Shown here: positions 1 to 8,997 of the stretch, piece by piece
Layout of the letters: each line of letters opens with the position of its first letter
Numbering within the stretch: the stretch's first letter is position 1
From: Tepidisphaera sp.
GTDB taxonomy: Bacteria; Planctomycetota; Phycisphaerae; Phycisphaerales; UBA1924
Direction: 5' to 3'
Length of the DNA: 64,000 bases
NCBI GenBank assembly: GCA_050916045.1
Contig: CP051526.1
Location: forward strand, 2,112,001-2,176,000
Translations under genes and position numbers: made by a program
Notes under the pieces: generated by a model
Databases searched by the model: none
Told to the model about the DNA's origin: nothing
What the model saw: the letters and a program-made list of their open reading frames with translations, nothing else

Positions 1-352
1 CCGCCCCCACCGCCGAAGCCACGCCGAGCAGCGTCCGACGTTCGGCCATCGTGAGCTGCACGCCGGCCGCTTGCCACTCAGCCCCGTGCGAGCCGACGGT
101 GAATTCCGCCGACGGCTTCCCGAGGAACCGCTCAAGGTCGACCATCGAGCGGCCCGACACCACCGCGCTGTGCGTCCACGGCACGCCCGCACACTCACGA
201 AACGCGCGCAGAGCACGCTCATTCGGAGCGGCTTCCGCCGGATCCATCGCAATTTCGGCAAGCGTCCCGTCGTAGTCGCACACGACCAGCAGGAGCGGCG
301 CGCACGCAACCGCTTCGATCCTGTCGCGAAGGTCCGGGGGGATCAAACACAC
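1..352 (-). CDS. otsB: Trehalose-6-phosphate phosphatase (HAD-IIB), N-terminal part, runs off the window edge
   Basis: Not in the ORF track. Manual translation of the minus strand gives ...LLLVVCDYDGTLAEIAMDP...SAVVSGRS...VGSHGAEW, i.e. the DxDGT, SGR and GSHGAE motifs of OtsB. Start taken as GTG 352 with GGAG 9 nt upstream; alternatives are TTG 346 and ATG 430. Confidence 0.8.
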   Translation of the reverse strand, partial: MCLIPPDLRDRIEAVACAPLLLVVCDYDGTLAEIAMDPAEAAPNERALRAFRECAGVPWTHSAVVSGRSMVDLERFLGKPSAEFTVGSHGAEWQAAGVQLTMAERRTLLGVASAVGA

Positions 353-555
353 CCCCGAACTCTCCACGTTGGAGCGCCCCCTCCGCGCGCACCACCAAGC
401 CGCGCGGCGCGGGTCCGTCTCTCCTCGCATCCCTCTGACCACGCTTGGTTGCCCGCGTGGTCGCTTCGACGCTGGTCCATCGTGTCATATCATGCCGACC
501 GAAATACGGTCGCCATGAACCTGGCGTGAGGACTTTCACATTCGCCGGATCTTGC

Positions 556-2003
556 TCATCCGCCGATCTGAGTCGCGAAACTCGGCGCGTAGTGCGAGAA
601 CCAGTCGGACATGAACACCCCGCGTGGATCGTGGGCGACTTTGCCTTGGACAAACGACCTGATCCGCGGATAGCACCTTTCTAATTGCTCCGGCGTCGCG
701 AACTTGTGGTACGTCAGGTAGTAGCTCCCGCCAAGCTCGCTCGCAAGGTCGATCAGCCCGCGAAACTGCCCGCCGGCTCGCTCGATCCCCGCTTGCGTGT
801 GGTCCACGTGCAGGTTGAAGATGACGCACGCGAATCGCTCCCGAGCCCACGCCAGCACCGTCTCCGTGTCCGGCTGGATCAACCGGATCGTGCCGTAGAT
901 CACCTGGGCCGCCCGCTCGCTCAGCATCGCGGCCGCCCGCGACAGGAATTCCGTCAGCCGCTCCGGCGGCACGTAAAGCTCGCTGATCACCTCCGAGCCC
1001 CTGCCGATCGGACACGCGCACCCGCGCGTCCGACGCTCGATCTCCTCGTGATACCCGTCCGCGTAGTCGCTCAACTGGTGCAGGTCGCTCTCATAAAGCT
1101 GCCCGTCCGTCGCCAGGTAGTGCTGCGCATAAAGATTGAACGCCCGCGTCTTGTCCGTGTGCGCAAGCGTCAAAAGCTCAAGCCAGTCCTCCCGCTCGAG
1201 CGCCCGCTGTCCCTCCGGCGGCTCCGGGTCACCCTCGACCGGCACGTAGCAACTGAAAACCCCCTTGGTCAGAAAGTCCGGCGACCTGGGATCGATGTCG
1301 AACTGAAAGTCCCCGTACAACGCCCCCTCGCGGATCCGACGCTCCGCCGCATGGATCGCATCCTCGATGTCGATCACCCGCACCACCCGCCGAAGCGTCC
1401 GCCTCGGCGCAAGCCGCAACGTCACATCCGCGATCACCCGAACAGCCCGTACCCCCCGATCGCCAAACGAAAGAGCTCCGGATGCTCCGTCCGGCTGCAC
1501 ACCCGCGCCACCCCGTCCGCCCCGACCAACGTGAACGCCTCCACATCGCTCACGATCGGAGCCATCAAAAGCCCGCGTCCGTGAATGTTCGCCGAGAGCG
1601 CCCCGCCCAACGACATCCGATCCGCCCCCGTCTGCTTCTGCCTGATCCCCCACCGCGGCCGCACGCCCGACGCGTGCGCACGTTGAATCTCAAGCATCCC
1701 GTTGATCAACTCCGGCCAATGGATCCCCGCTTGCGCACGCACCAGCCCCCGCTCGTGGTCAAACGACTCAATGCGGCTCATCCGCGAGAGATCAACGAGG
1801 TCCCCCCGGCTCAGGAACTGCTGCCCGCCCATCGCGTGCCGCCCGCCGCAGACCGCGATCCGGCCGCCCTCGCTCGCGATCCGAGCGACCAGGGATGAAA
1901 GCTCATCGAGGCTTCGCGGCTGGTGAACCCGCATCAGCGCCGGATTCAGACCTGAATGGACGTCGTTGACCGCTTGGACACTGACGACATCGTGGCTCGC
2001 CAT
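556..2003 (-). pseudogene. FAD-binding oxidoreductase (FAD_binding_4, ALO/DprE1-like), split by a single-base frameshift near 1437-1439
   Basis: ORF 1434..2003 has GGRHAMGGQ, SLGGALSANIHG and LFRLAIGGYGLFG. The continuation VIADVTLRL...GGSYYLTYH...DPRGVFMSDW is in ORF 556..1653. One extra G in TTC GGG TGA would restore F-G-V-I. This may be a sequencing error rather than a real pseudogene. Confidence 0.8.
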
Positions 2004-2051
2004 GAAGTTAGTGTACGCTAGTTATTCCCACAGTCCACTTTCCACCGGGCC

Positions 2052-2088
2052 AAAAACAAACACCGCTCCGGGCGCGAACCCGGAGCGG
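2052..2088 (-). terminator. Rho-independent terminator of the 5698->2116 gene cluster
   Basis: Stem CCGCTCCGGG (2063-2072) / CCCGGAGCGG (2079-2088), followed on the minus strand by a T-rich tract. Confidence 0.7.
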
Positions 2089-2115
2089 CGGTGGTTGACT
2101 CTCCCAAATCAACCT

Positions 2116-2529
2116 TTAGCAGCCAGTCTCGAACGCGGTCACATAGTCCGCATAGTCGAAGAAGTCGACGAACGCGTCACCGTTGAAGTCCGCGGTGCGG
2201 CCCGGCGGGCAGACCCCGTTCTCAAAGCAGTCGACGTAATCGCCGTAGTCGAAGAAGTCCAGGAACCCATCGCCGTTGAAGTCCGCCGGACACTCCGGAC
2301 GACGGTTCGCCGCCGCCCAGAACCCTCCGACGATCTCGAACGTACCGCCCGCGAGCGGCCCGGACGCGTCGGCTTGCCCCGCCGTCGAGGAAAGCTCAAA
2401 GGTCCCGCCGGTGGCACCCATCATGCCTCCGCCATCGACCGAGTACCAGTCGATCGTGAACTGCGCCCGGGCGCTGGACGCCAGCATCCCCCCCACCACC
2501 ACGCTGATCAGAACGATGATCTTGTTCAT
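2116..2529 (-). CDS. Small secreted protein: 'IDWYSVDGGG' domain plus C-terminal GC-type dockerin-like anchor
   Basis: Signal peptide ending ARA-Q. Two EF-hand-like repeats, ADFNGDGFLDFFDY and ADFNGDAFVDFFDY, ending in -GC. SD AGGAG upstream. Confidence 0.85.
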   Translation of the reverse strand: MNKIIVLISVVVGGMLASSARAQFTIDWYSVDGGGMMGATGGTFELSSTAGQADASGPLAGGTFEIVGGFWAAANRRPECPADFNGDGFLDFFDYGDYVDCFENGVCPPGRTADFNGDAFVDFFDYADYVTAFETGC

Positions 2530-2550
2530 CGCGAATCTCCTTGTGTGAAA

Positions 2551-3960
2551 TCAGTTGCCGCCGATGACGACGGTGCCCACGGGGGCCTGCCAGACCATCG
2601 CCTTGTTGCCGGTGCCGAAGACGCCGATCTCGAGGTACGTGCCCTCGACGATGCTGACAACCCCGCCGTTCGCGACCGCGGAGGCACCATCGCCCACCTG
2701 GGTCCACGGCCCGAAGATACGGCCGTTGCGAGCGGTTCCCGCCGGATACGACGCCGCGTCGACGAATTGCGCGGTCGAGCCCACGATGTTCCGCAGCGCC
2801 GCTTCAAGAGCGTTGTGCGCGAACGCCGTACCCGAGTTCGAGCCGCCTCCTCCGCTCCCGCAGCCACCGTTGGTGTGAATCCCCGTCGCGAACCCGTTGG
2901 CAGTCCAGATGATCGGGCTTCCCGAATTCCCGCCCTCGGTGTCGGCGCGGTATGTGTGCCAGATGTTGGCACCCGAGCTGCCCAGACCCGCGTACGGCCC
3001 GGCTTCGGTCTGGTTCGTGAAATTGTCCACGCCCGAGTCCGACCCGTATCCCGTGATGCGGATGGTGGCGCCCGTCGGCGTGATGTCCGTCAGCCGATAG
3101 AACCCCTCGACCACGTGCACGCGAAGCCCCGTGTTGCTGTTGGGCCCCACGCGGTACACGCAGTAGTCCTTGCCCAGGCCCTGCCCTTCCCCGTCGTTCC
3201 GGAAAAGGGCGGTTGCGGCCTGGATCGGATACTGATCGTTCACCGGCGCGGCCTGCGTCGTCCCGTTCGGGAGACTGGCCGGCGGGTTGATCTGAATGTT
3301 GCCCGTAAAGTCGATGACGCCGTCGGGAAGCAGCGGGCCGCCGCGATCCGGATCAAAGTCCGTGCAGTGCCCCGCCGTCAGCACCGCTCCGTTGGCGGCC
3401 ATCCAGTGCGTGCATCCGCCCATTCCGTACCGGGCGACACGCCCTTCCGTCGACGCGACGCGGTCGTCCGTCGTGTCGCAGATCGTCTCGGGCCATCCGC
3501 CGGGATTCCCGTTCACCCACTCGCCGAACGTCGCGCCCGCGGTGTTCACATAGACGCCGCGGTCCGTCGGGTCCACCCAGAGCTCGATGTGGACGATGCC
3601 CGAGTTGAAGTACGCCGAGTTCCCCGACCACTCGCGGAGCATCCGCCCGTCGAACCGCTGCACCTGCAGGTCGCGGTCGGAAATCACCAGGATGTAGCTC
3701 CGCGTTCCGAGGTTCCAGTCGGCGAAGTGGATCCGCGAGAACGGCGCCACCGGGTCGAGGATGCAGCTCGTCGACCACATCATCACCGGCTCCGGACGCG
3801 TGTCCGTCTCCGGGTCAATCTCCACGCCCGTCCCGTCGTAGATCCCCGACTCCTCGACAAAGTCGATGAAGTACATCGGGGGCACCGCCGGGCTCTGTGC
3901 CTGCGCGAGCCCGGCGCCGCAGGCGGCCGCGAGCATCGCGATCATCAAAGTCTTGTTCAT
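2551..3960 (-). CDS. Secreted trypsin-like (S1) serine protease
   Basis: Signal peptide. Catalytic motifs LTAGHC, KDY and DTEGGNSGSP. SD AAGGAG. Confidence 0.85.
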   Translation of the reverse strand: MNKTLMIAMLAAACGAGLAQAQSPAVPPMYFIDFVEESGIYDGTGVEIDPETDTRPEPVMMWSTSCILDPVAPFSRIHFADWNLGTRSYILVISDRDLQVQRFDGRMLREWSGNSAYFNSGIVHIELWVDPTDRGVYVNTAGATFGEWVNGNPGGWPETICDTTDDRVASTEGRVARYGMGGCTHWMAANGAVLTAGHCTDFDPDRGGPLLPDGVIDFTGNIQINPPASLPNGTTQAAPVNDQYPIQAATALFRNDGEGQGLGKDYCVYRVGPNSNTGLRVHVVEGFYRLTDITPTGATIRITGYGSDSGVDNFTNQTEAGPYAGLGSSGANIWHTYRADTEGGNSGSPIIWTANGFATGIHTNGGCGSGGGGSNSGTAFAHNALEAALRNIVGSTAQFVDAASYPAGTARNGRIFGPWTQVGDGASAVANGGVVSIVEGTYLEIGVFGTGNKAMVWQAPVGTVVIGGN

Positions 3961-4012
3961 GAGAAAGGCTCCTTTCGTGCTGTTCTTGAAGACAATCCGC
4001 TCGCCCGCAGCA

Positions 4013-5698
4013 TCACTGCAGGTTCACGAGGACCAGCACCAGGCCCTTCTCACCCTTGGCCATCGCCGTCATGGACTTGCCGATCACCGCCCCGTGCGAG
4101 CGGCCCGCGTCGGTGGCCTTCATCGCGTATCCGGCCTTGTCCGAAGACGTCAGCAGGTCGCCGGGCTCGATCGCCTGCTCCGTGGCGTCCACGTAGCAGT
4201 AGACGCGACCCGTCAGCGCCACAGCGTGCTTGCCGTCGGCCTTCGTACCCTTCTGACCCATCATGAGGCCGGTCTTGACACCGCCCGCCCCCGAGATGAT
4301 GCCCGCGACCGTCTTGTCGTACGCGCCGGTCGAAAGCACCAGGGCGCCGGGGTTCTTGGGATCAATCGAGACGAGCATGCCCGGCTCGACGTTCGCCCCC
4401 GCCGCGGCGGAGATGTCGAACTGCTCGGAAAGGTCCGAACCGCCGGTGATCGAAAGCTCCTGTGTCGTAATGCGCCCGTCGCCGTTGAAATCGGCATCGA
4501 TCGAGATCGTCGCGGTGCCGTCGGCGCGGTACAGGTTGATCTGCCCGCCCTGTCCCGCGGCTTCCGAACCCTCGACCTGCACGCCGACCGTGCCGTTGTC
4601 CTGCAGGAAGGTCGCTCCGCCGCCGTTGCTGCTCTCGAAGTTTCCGTAGATCGTGGTGCGGACCTGGCCGGAAGCGTTGAACGCGCGAATCAGGCCGCCG
4701 CTGGGATCGGTGGCCATCTGCGACGAAGCCAAGCCGCCGCGCCGGATGAGGATCCCCGCCGACGGAACCGTCGCCGTGCCGCCAAAGCCACCGCCGTCGG
4801 AGAGGATCTGGATCGACTCCTCACCCACGCGGTTGAACAAGCTCAACACGCCCCCGGGGAACAAAGTGCTGTCCGAGCCGTCAAGCCGCACCGTCCGGAT
4901 GCCAGCCGCGTTGTACAGATCAAACAGCCCGCCATCGCTGCTGGTGTTGATGATCACGCGGTTGGCCGTGGTGCTCCCCGTGCCGTCATAGAAGTTCATC
5001 GTGCCGCTCGAGAGCGCGATCGCGATCCGCGGCTTGGTCTGGTCGCCGGCCACGAACTCCAGCGCGTCGCCGCTGAACCCGTCCGAGGTGATGTCGCGGT
5101 ACTGGATGCCCCAGTCCGGGAACGAGGTCGAGTGCGCCATCCACATCCGCTTGTCCACGATGTTGTTCATGCCGGTCGTGATGACCGGGGTCGTGCCAGA
5201 CGCGAAGAGAGCGCGGTTGCGGAACGTCGCGTCGCCGAAGACGTCAAGCTTGGTCGACGGCGCGCCGCCCACACCCACGTTCAGCGCCGTGTCCGTGAAC
5301 AGGCCCCGCGTCTGCAGCGCGTACGGCGTCGCGGACAAAAGCTGCCGCTGCGCGATCGTGACGAACGCGCCCCCGCCCGCCGGAGAGCGAACCTCGATCC
5401 GCAGGAACCGGTTCTCGCCGTTGAAGGGCGTCACACCGAAGTCGATCGCCGTCGTGAACAGCCCGTCCGCCACGTTCACGTTGCTCACCGTCACCGGGCC
5501 CGCCACCTGCACGCCACCCACCGCCGAATCCCAGAGCGTAAAGCGGAAGTCGGCCAGACCGCTTACCGCCGACCCGGCGCTCTTGAGCTGCCCCTGGTAC
5601 GTAAAGCCCGTGCTCAGCGGAGCCTCCGGCTGCGCCATCGCCGATCCCGCCATCAGTCCAAGAACGGCCACCATGGAAGCCACGCGACGAGTCTTCAT
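4013..5698 (-). CDS. Secreted fibre-like protein with N-terminal 'FTYQGQL' domain and C-terminal 'GGSDLSEQF...VALTGRVY' domain
   Basis: Start MKTRRV at 5698 with SD AAGGAGG. Signal peptide (AMA-Q). Gly/Thr-rich beta repeats. Shares its N-terminal domain with the 61044..63764 protein. Confidence 0.75.
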   Translation of the reverse strand: MKTRRVASMVAVLGLMAGSAMAQPEAPLSTGFTYQGQLKSAGSAVSGLADFRFTLWDSAVGGVQVAGPVTVSNVNVADGLFTTAIDFGVTPFNGENRFLRIEVRSPAGGGAFVTIAQRQLLSATPYALQTRGLFTDTALNVGVGGAPSTKLDVFGDATFRNRALFASGTTPVITTGMNNIVDKRMWMAHSTSFPDWGIQYRDITSDGFSGDALEFVAGDQTKPRIAIALSSGTMNFYDGTGSTTANRVIINTSSDGGLFDLYNAAGIRTVRLDGSDSTLFPGGVLSLFNRVGEESIQILSDGGGFGGTATVPSAGILIRRGGLASSQMATDPSGGLIRAFNASGQVRTTIYGNFESSNGGGATFLQDNGTVGVQVEGSEAAGQGGQINLYRADGTATISIDADFNGDGRITTQELSITGGSDLSEQFDISAAAGANVEPGMLVSIDPKNPGALVLSTGAYDKTVAGIISGAGGVKTGLMMGQKGTKADGKHAVALTGRVYCYVDATEQAIEPGDLLTSSDKAGYAMKATDAGRSHGAVIGKSMTAMAKGEKGLVLVLVNLQ

Positions 5699-5916
5699 AC
5701 CAACCTCCTTCAGGGGATGCGACAGCCTTCCCGGCCCACGCCGGCAGACCACGTCCCGAACCAATTGACACCCTCGAACCGGAACCCTTACACAAAGCCC
5801 GGTCTACAGGAGAGAGCGTACCAGACCCGATATGCGTCCGAAAATGGAAAACTGACCGAACCGGCCCGTTCGCCGCACCGGCTCCAACCCAAACCCCGGG
5901 CCCTACAGTCGGCCGT

Positions 5917-5990
5917 GTGCCCGTAGCTCAGTTGGATAGAGCGGCGGTTTCCTAAACCGCAGGTCGGCAGTTCGAACCTGCCCGGGCACG
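5917..5990 (+). tRNA. tRNA-Arg(CCT)
   Basis: Acceptor stem GTGCCCG/CGGGCAC. D arm GCTC-AGTTGGATA-GAGC. Anticodon arm GCGGT-TTCCTAA-ACCGC. T arm GGCAG-TTCGAAC-CTGCC. No encoded CCA. TACAGT -10-like box at 5904-5909. Confidence 0.95.
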
Positions 5991-6106
5991 TTCAGAACCG
6001 GCCCAGACGGCCGAGAATCCCCCATCCCGTGCGCCCCAATCGTGGAAACGAGCCCCCGGGGGTCTCCTTGGGTGGCAATCCGCGATTCCTGTGGCAGACT
6101 TCGCCT

Positions 6107-6484
6107 GTGGACTCCCACATCATCAGACCGGTCGTCCTGCTCGGGCTCCTCGCCCTCGCCGGGTGCGCTTCGCCCGACTCCCCGCAAGCCTGGCACCAGC
6201 CCCGGTTCGCTCAGGATGAGAGAACCGCGGAATCTCGTCTGGTGATTGCGAGCGACCTGGTCGCGGCGGACCGGGCTCTTGGCTCGGGCTCTGAGGTCTA
6301 TCGCCGGGACGAAGCGCTCAGCGTCGGGATGCTCGACGGAAACCTCGCCGTGCCGCTTTATGTCGGCGAGCGTGCGCCCAGTCTGGACGACGCCCGGTAC
6401 CTTTACCTTCGTTCGGACCACAGCCGCGTGCTCTACTTCAGCGATGGGTACGGCCGGCGGCCCTGGCACTGGCACCGCCGCTAG
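6107..6484 (+). CDS. Hypothetical lipoprotein
   Basis: GTG start, then hydrophobic stretch and lipobox LAGC. Confidence 0.6.
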   Translation: MDSHIIRPVVLLGLLALAGCASPDSPQAWHQPRFAQDERTAESRLVIASDLVAADRALGSGSEVYRRDEALSVGMLDGNLAVPLYVGERAPSLDDARYLYLRSDHSRVLYFSDGYGRRPWHWHRR

Positions 6485-6490
6485 GCACGC

Positions 6491-6532
6491 AAAAAACGCG
6501 AGAGCCCGCCGTCGAAGGCGGGCCCGCACGTT
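6491..6532 (-). terminator. Probable terminator of the 6607..7545 gene
   Basis: GCCCGCC/GGCGGGC stem, with an A6 tract on its left side (T tract on the minus strand). Confidence 0.5.
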
Positions 6533-6606
6533 CAGCACACGGGATCGACCGATGGAGGTGGCGCCGGTGGAGGCTCGTCGATCAGGAGCCCGCCGGAGGT
6601 GGTCCG

Positions 6607-7545
6607 TCAGTCGTGCAGGTTGCTGGTGGTCGGAGCAGAGACCGACCGCAGCTCAAGCGTGCACTCAAACCGGAAGTTCGACTGCGTCGTGCGTCGCTCG
6701 GCGTGGAAGATGTCCAAGCGATACGTCTGCCCGTCGGTCAGCCAGTTCAGCCGGTCAAGATCCACGAACTGCTCCTTGCGGGAGTGCAAGCCGCCCAGGT
6801 CGATCGCCAGGCGACCACCGATAAACACCCAGACGTCGTCGTCGCCGGTGAACTTGAAGACCTGACCCATGCCGCGCTTGTACACGAACTCCGTGTTGAT
6901 CTCCGTGGTGAAGTGGAAGTTGCGCCCGGTGTTCGAGTAGTTCCCGTAGAGCTCGCCGTTGATCGGGAAGAACCCGCCGCGACCCGAGTACGGCGCGTCC
7001 GTCGCCGAGTCGAAGACGTACCGGTTCGTGTTCGCCACGCGGTTCAGCGTCAGCGGCACGCGTTTCGACACGTTCACGCCCGGAACATCGCGGTACCACT
7101 GCGAGAACCGCTCGGCGCTCGTCAGGCCGTTGCCCGTTCCGCCCGCCGCCAGACGCCCCAGGACGTCGCCACGCGAAGCGTCGAAGAGTGACGGCATGAT
7201 GAACCGGCCCGCCGAGTCCCGGAATTCCGTGGAGATCGTCTGGCCGCGCAGGCTCGCGACCGTCGGCTTGCCCGAGTTGTCGAGCGTCGAAGCGACCAGG
7301 CCGACCGTCGTGGACCCGGAGAAGAACTGGAAGTCCGGGTGCCCGCCCGATTCCCCGTTGGCTTTGAAGTCGCGGATCGTCGCGTCGATCTGGATCGACG
7401 AGGGAAGCGCGGCGTACTGGTCGGCCGAGTTGTTGCCGATGGCGCTGCCGCCGCCGACCACCAGCGAGCCGACGCCCGCAATAGCGCAGAGACCGGCGAT
7501 GGCCGCGACCGCTCTGCCCGAGGACTTGTGAGTGAAACTGAGCAT
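6607..7545 (-). CDS. Secreted fibro-slime (PA14-like) domain protein, paralog 1
   Basis: TIRDF...[47 protein letters not shown] and FHAERRT..SNF are the fibro-slime signature motifs. Signal peptide. SD GGAGG. Confidence 0.9.
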   Translation of the reverse strand: MLSFTHKSSGRAVAAIAGLCAIAGVGSLVVGGGSAIGNNSADQYAALPSSIQIDATIRDFKANGESGGHPDFQFFSGSTTVGLVASTLDNSGKPTVASLRGQTISTEFRDSAGRFIMPSLFDASRGDVLGRLAAGGTGNGLTSAERFSQWYRDVPGVNVSKRVPLTLNRVANTNRYVFDSATDAPYSGRGGFFPINGELYGNYSNTGRNFHFTTEINTEFVYKRGMGQVFKFTGDDDVWVFIGGRLAIDLGGLHSRKEQFVDLDRLNWLTDGQTYRLDIFHAERRTTQSNFRFECTLELRSVSAPTTSNLHD

Positions 7546-7682
7546 GGTTCAAACCTCCGTGAGCGTCGTGTGCGATTGCTGAGTGACTGACGCCGACCAG
7601 ACTGTGCGATTCGCTGGACACCGATGCAACCGGAACACAGAGATCTTTTTCCGGTGAGTTCCGTCTGTGCGGGGGTCCCGCC

Positions 7683-7714
7683 AAAGAAAAGGGCGGCCCC
7701 GCTCGGGGCCGCCC
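7683..7714 (-). terminator. Rho-independent terminator of the 7757..8686 gene
   Basis: Perfect 10-bp stem GGGCGGCCCC/GGGGCCGCCC with 4-nt loop, followed by TTTTCTTT on the minus strand. Confidence 0.75.
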
Positions 7715-7756
7715 AGGAAGAGGATGCAGGAAGAGGAGGCTCTCGGACCACGCCGA

Positions 7757-8686
7757 TCAGTCATGCAGCGCCGAGGTCGTCGGCGGCTGGACCGACCGCA
7801 AGCGGATGCTCGTCGCGATCTGGAAGTTCGACTGCGTGCGGTGACGCTCCGCGAAGAAGAACTTCAGCTTGTACACCCGACCGTCCTGGAGCCAGTTCAG
7901 CCGGTCCAGCGAGATCGACTGGGAGACCGCGCCGTGCACGCCGCCCACGTCCACCACCAGCTTCCCGTCGATGAACACCCAGACGTCGTCGTCACCCGTG
8001 AAGGTGAAAACCTGGTCACGTCCCTGTTCATACTCGAACTCCGTCTCGAGCTCGAACGTGAAGTGGTAGTTCGTGTTCGCCACGCCGCCGCCGCCGCTGT
8101 TGCCGAAAAGCTCGCCGTTGACCGGGAAGAACCCCGAGCGGCTCTGGTACAGCGGGTCCGTCCGGTCGTTGAACGTGTAGACGTTCGTGCCGGACTGCCG
8201 GCGGAGCGTCAGCGGGATCTGTTTGGAGACGTTCATGCCCGGTGAGTCCCGAAACCACTGTCGGAACGACGCTTCCGTCGTCAGGGCACCCGTCTTGGTC
8301 AGGTCAAAGGCGCCCGCGACGTCACCCTGGCGGGCGTTGATGTACGACCGGGGGCCAAGAACGTTCCGGCTTTGGGCGTCCCGGAACTGCGACGTGAGCC
8401 TCACGCCCTGGGAGCGGAACGCCGGCTTGCCGTCCGCGTCCAGTTCGTCCTGCACCATCCGCATGTACTGCCCGAAGCCGCCCGAGGGGCTTCGCTCAAA
8501 GTCCGGGTGCCCGCCCGAGACCCCGCGTTCGCGGAAGTCCCGCACGACGCCCGTCAACTCGATGCTCGACGGGAGCGCTGCAAATTCGTCCGAAGACGCC
8601 GTCAGCCCCAACGGCATCGTGCCGATGGCGACCACCGCCGCCGCAAGCCCGACCGTCCCGATCAATCCGCGTGCTGTCCTGGTCAT
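7757..8686 (-). CDS. Secreted fibro-slime (PA14-like) domain protein, paralog 2
   Basis: Same motif set: [45 protein letters not shown]. Start MTRTAR with SD GGAGGAGG. Confidence 0.9.
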   Translation of the reverse strand: MTRTARGLIGTVGLAAAVVAIGTMPLGLTASSDEFAALPSSIELTGVVRDFRERGVSGGHPDFERSPSGGFGQYMRMVQDELDADGKPAFRSQGVRLTSQFRDAQSRNVLGPRSYINARQGDVAGAFDLTKTGALTTEASFRQWFRDSPGMNVSKQIPLTLRRQSGTNVYTFNDRTDPLYQSRSGFFPVNGELFGNSGGGGVANTNYHFTFELETEFEYEQGRDQVFTFTGDDDVWVFIDGKLVVDVGGVHGAVSQSISLDRLNWLQDGRVYKLKFFFAERHRTQSNFQIATSIRLRSVQPPTTSALHD

Positions 8687-8997
8687 TGGTGAACCTCCTC
8701 CCACCACGGACTACGCGCGGCGGTCACCCGACTCTGCGATTCAGGCAGGGAGAAAGCGACCCAGCACCCCGGTTTCCGTACCTCATCCTTCCGGCTGTAG
8801 CGATCGTGACGATCGCGCCCGCCACTCCCCTTCCCCGGCCGCCCGCGACCGCCCGGCCCGAACCCGTGACCCGCGAAAATCCATCCAAAAACCCGCGTGT
8901 GCAGTTCTATCCGCCGAGTGGACGATGTATGATCGGACCTCGGGGTTCGGAGAGCCCCGATCAGCCATCAAGGCATGCACCCAGGAAGGGAATCTCA

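Noticed and set aside
5917..5990. tRNA as the attachment site of an integrated element
   Set aside because: I found no integrase, no duplicated tRNA 3' end and no phage or conjugation genes in the window.
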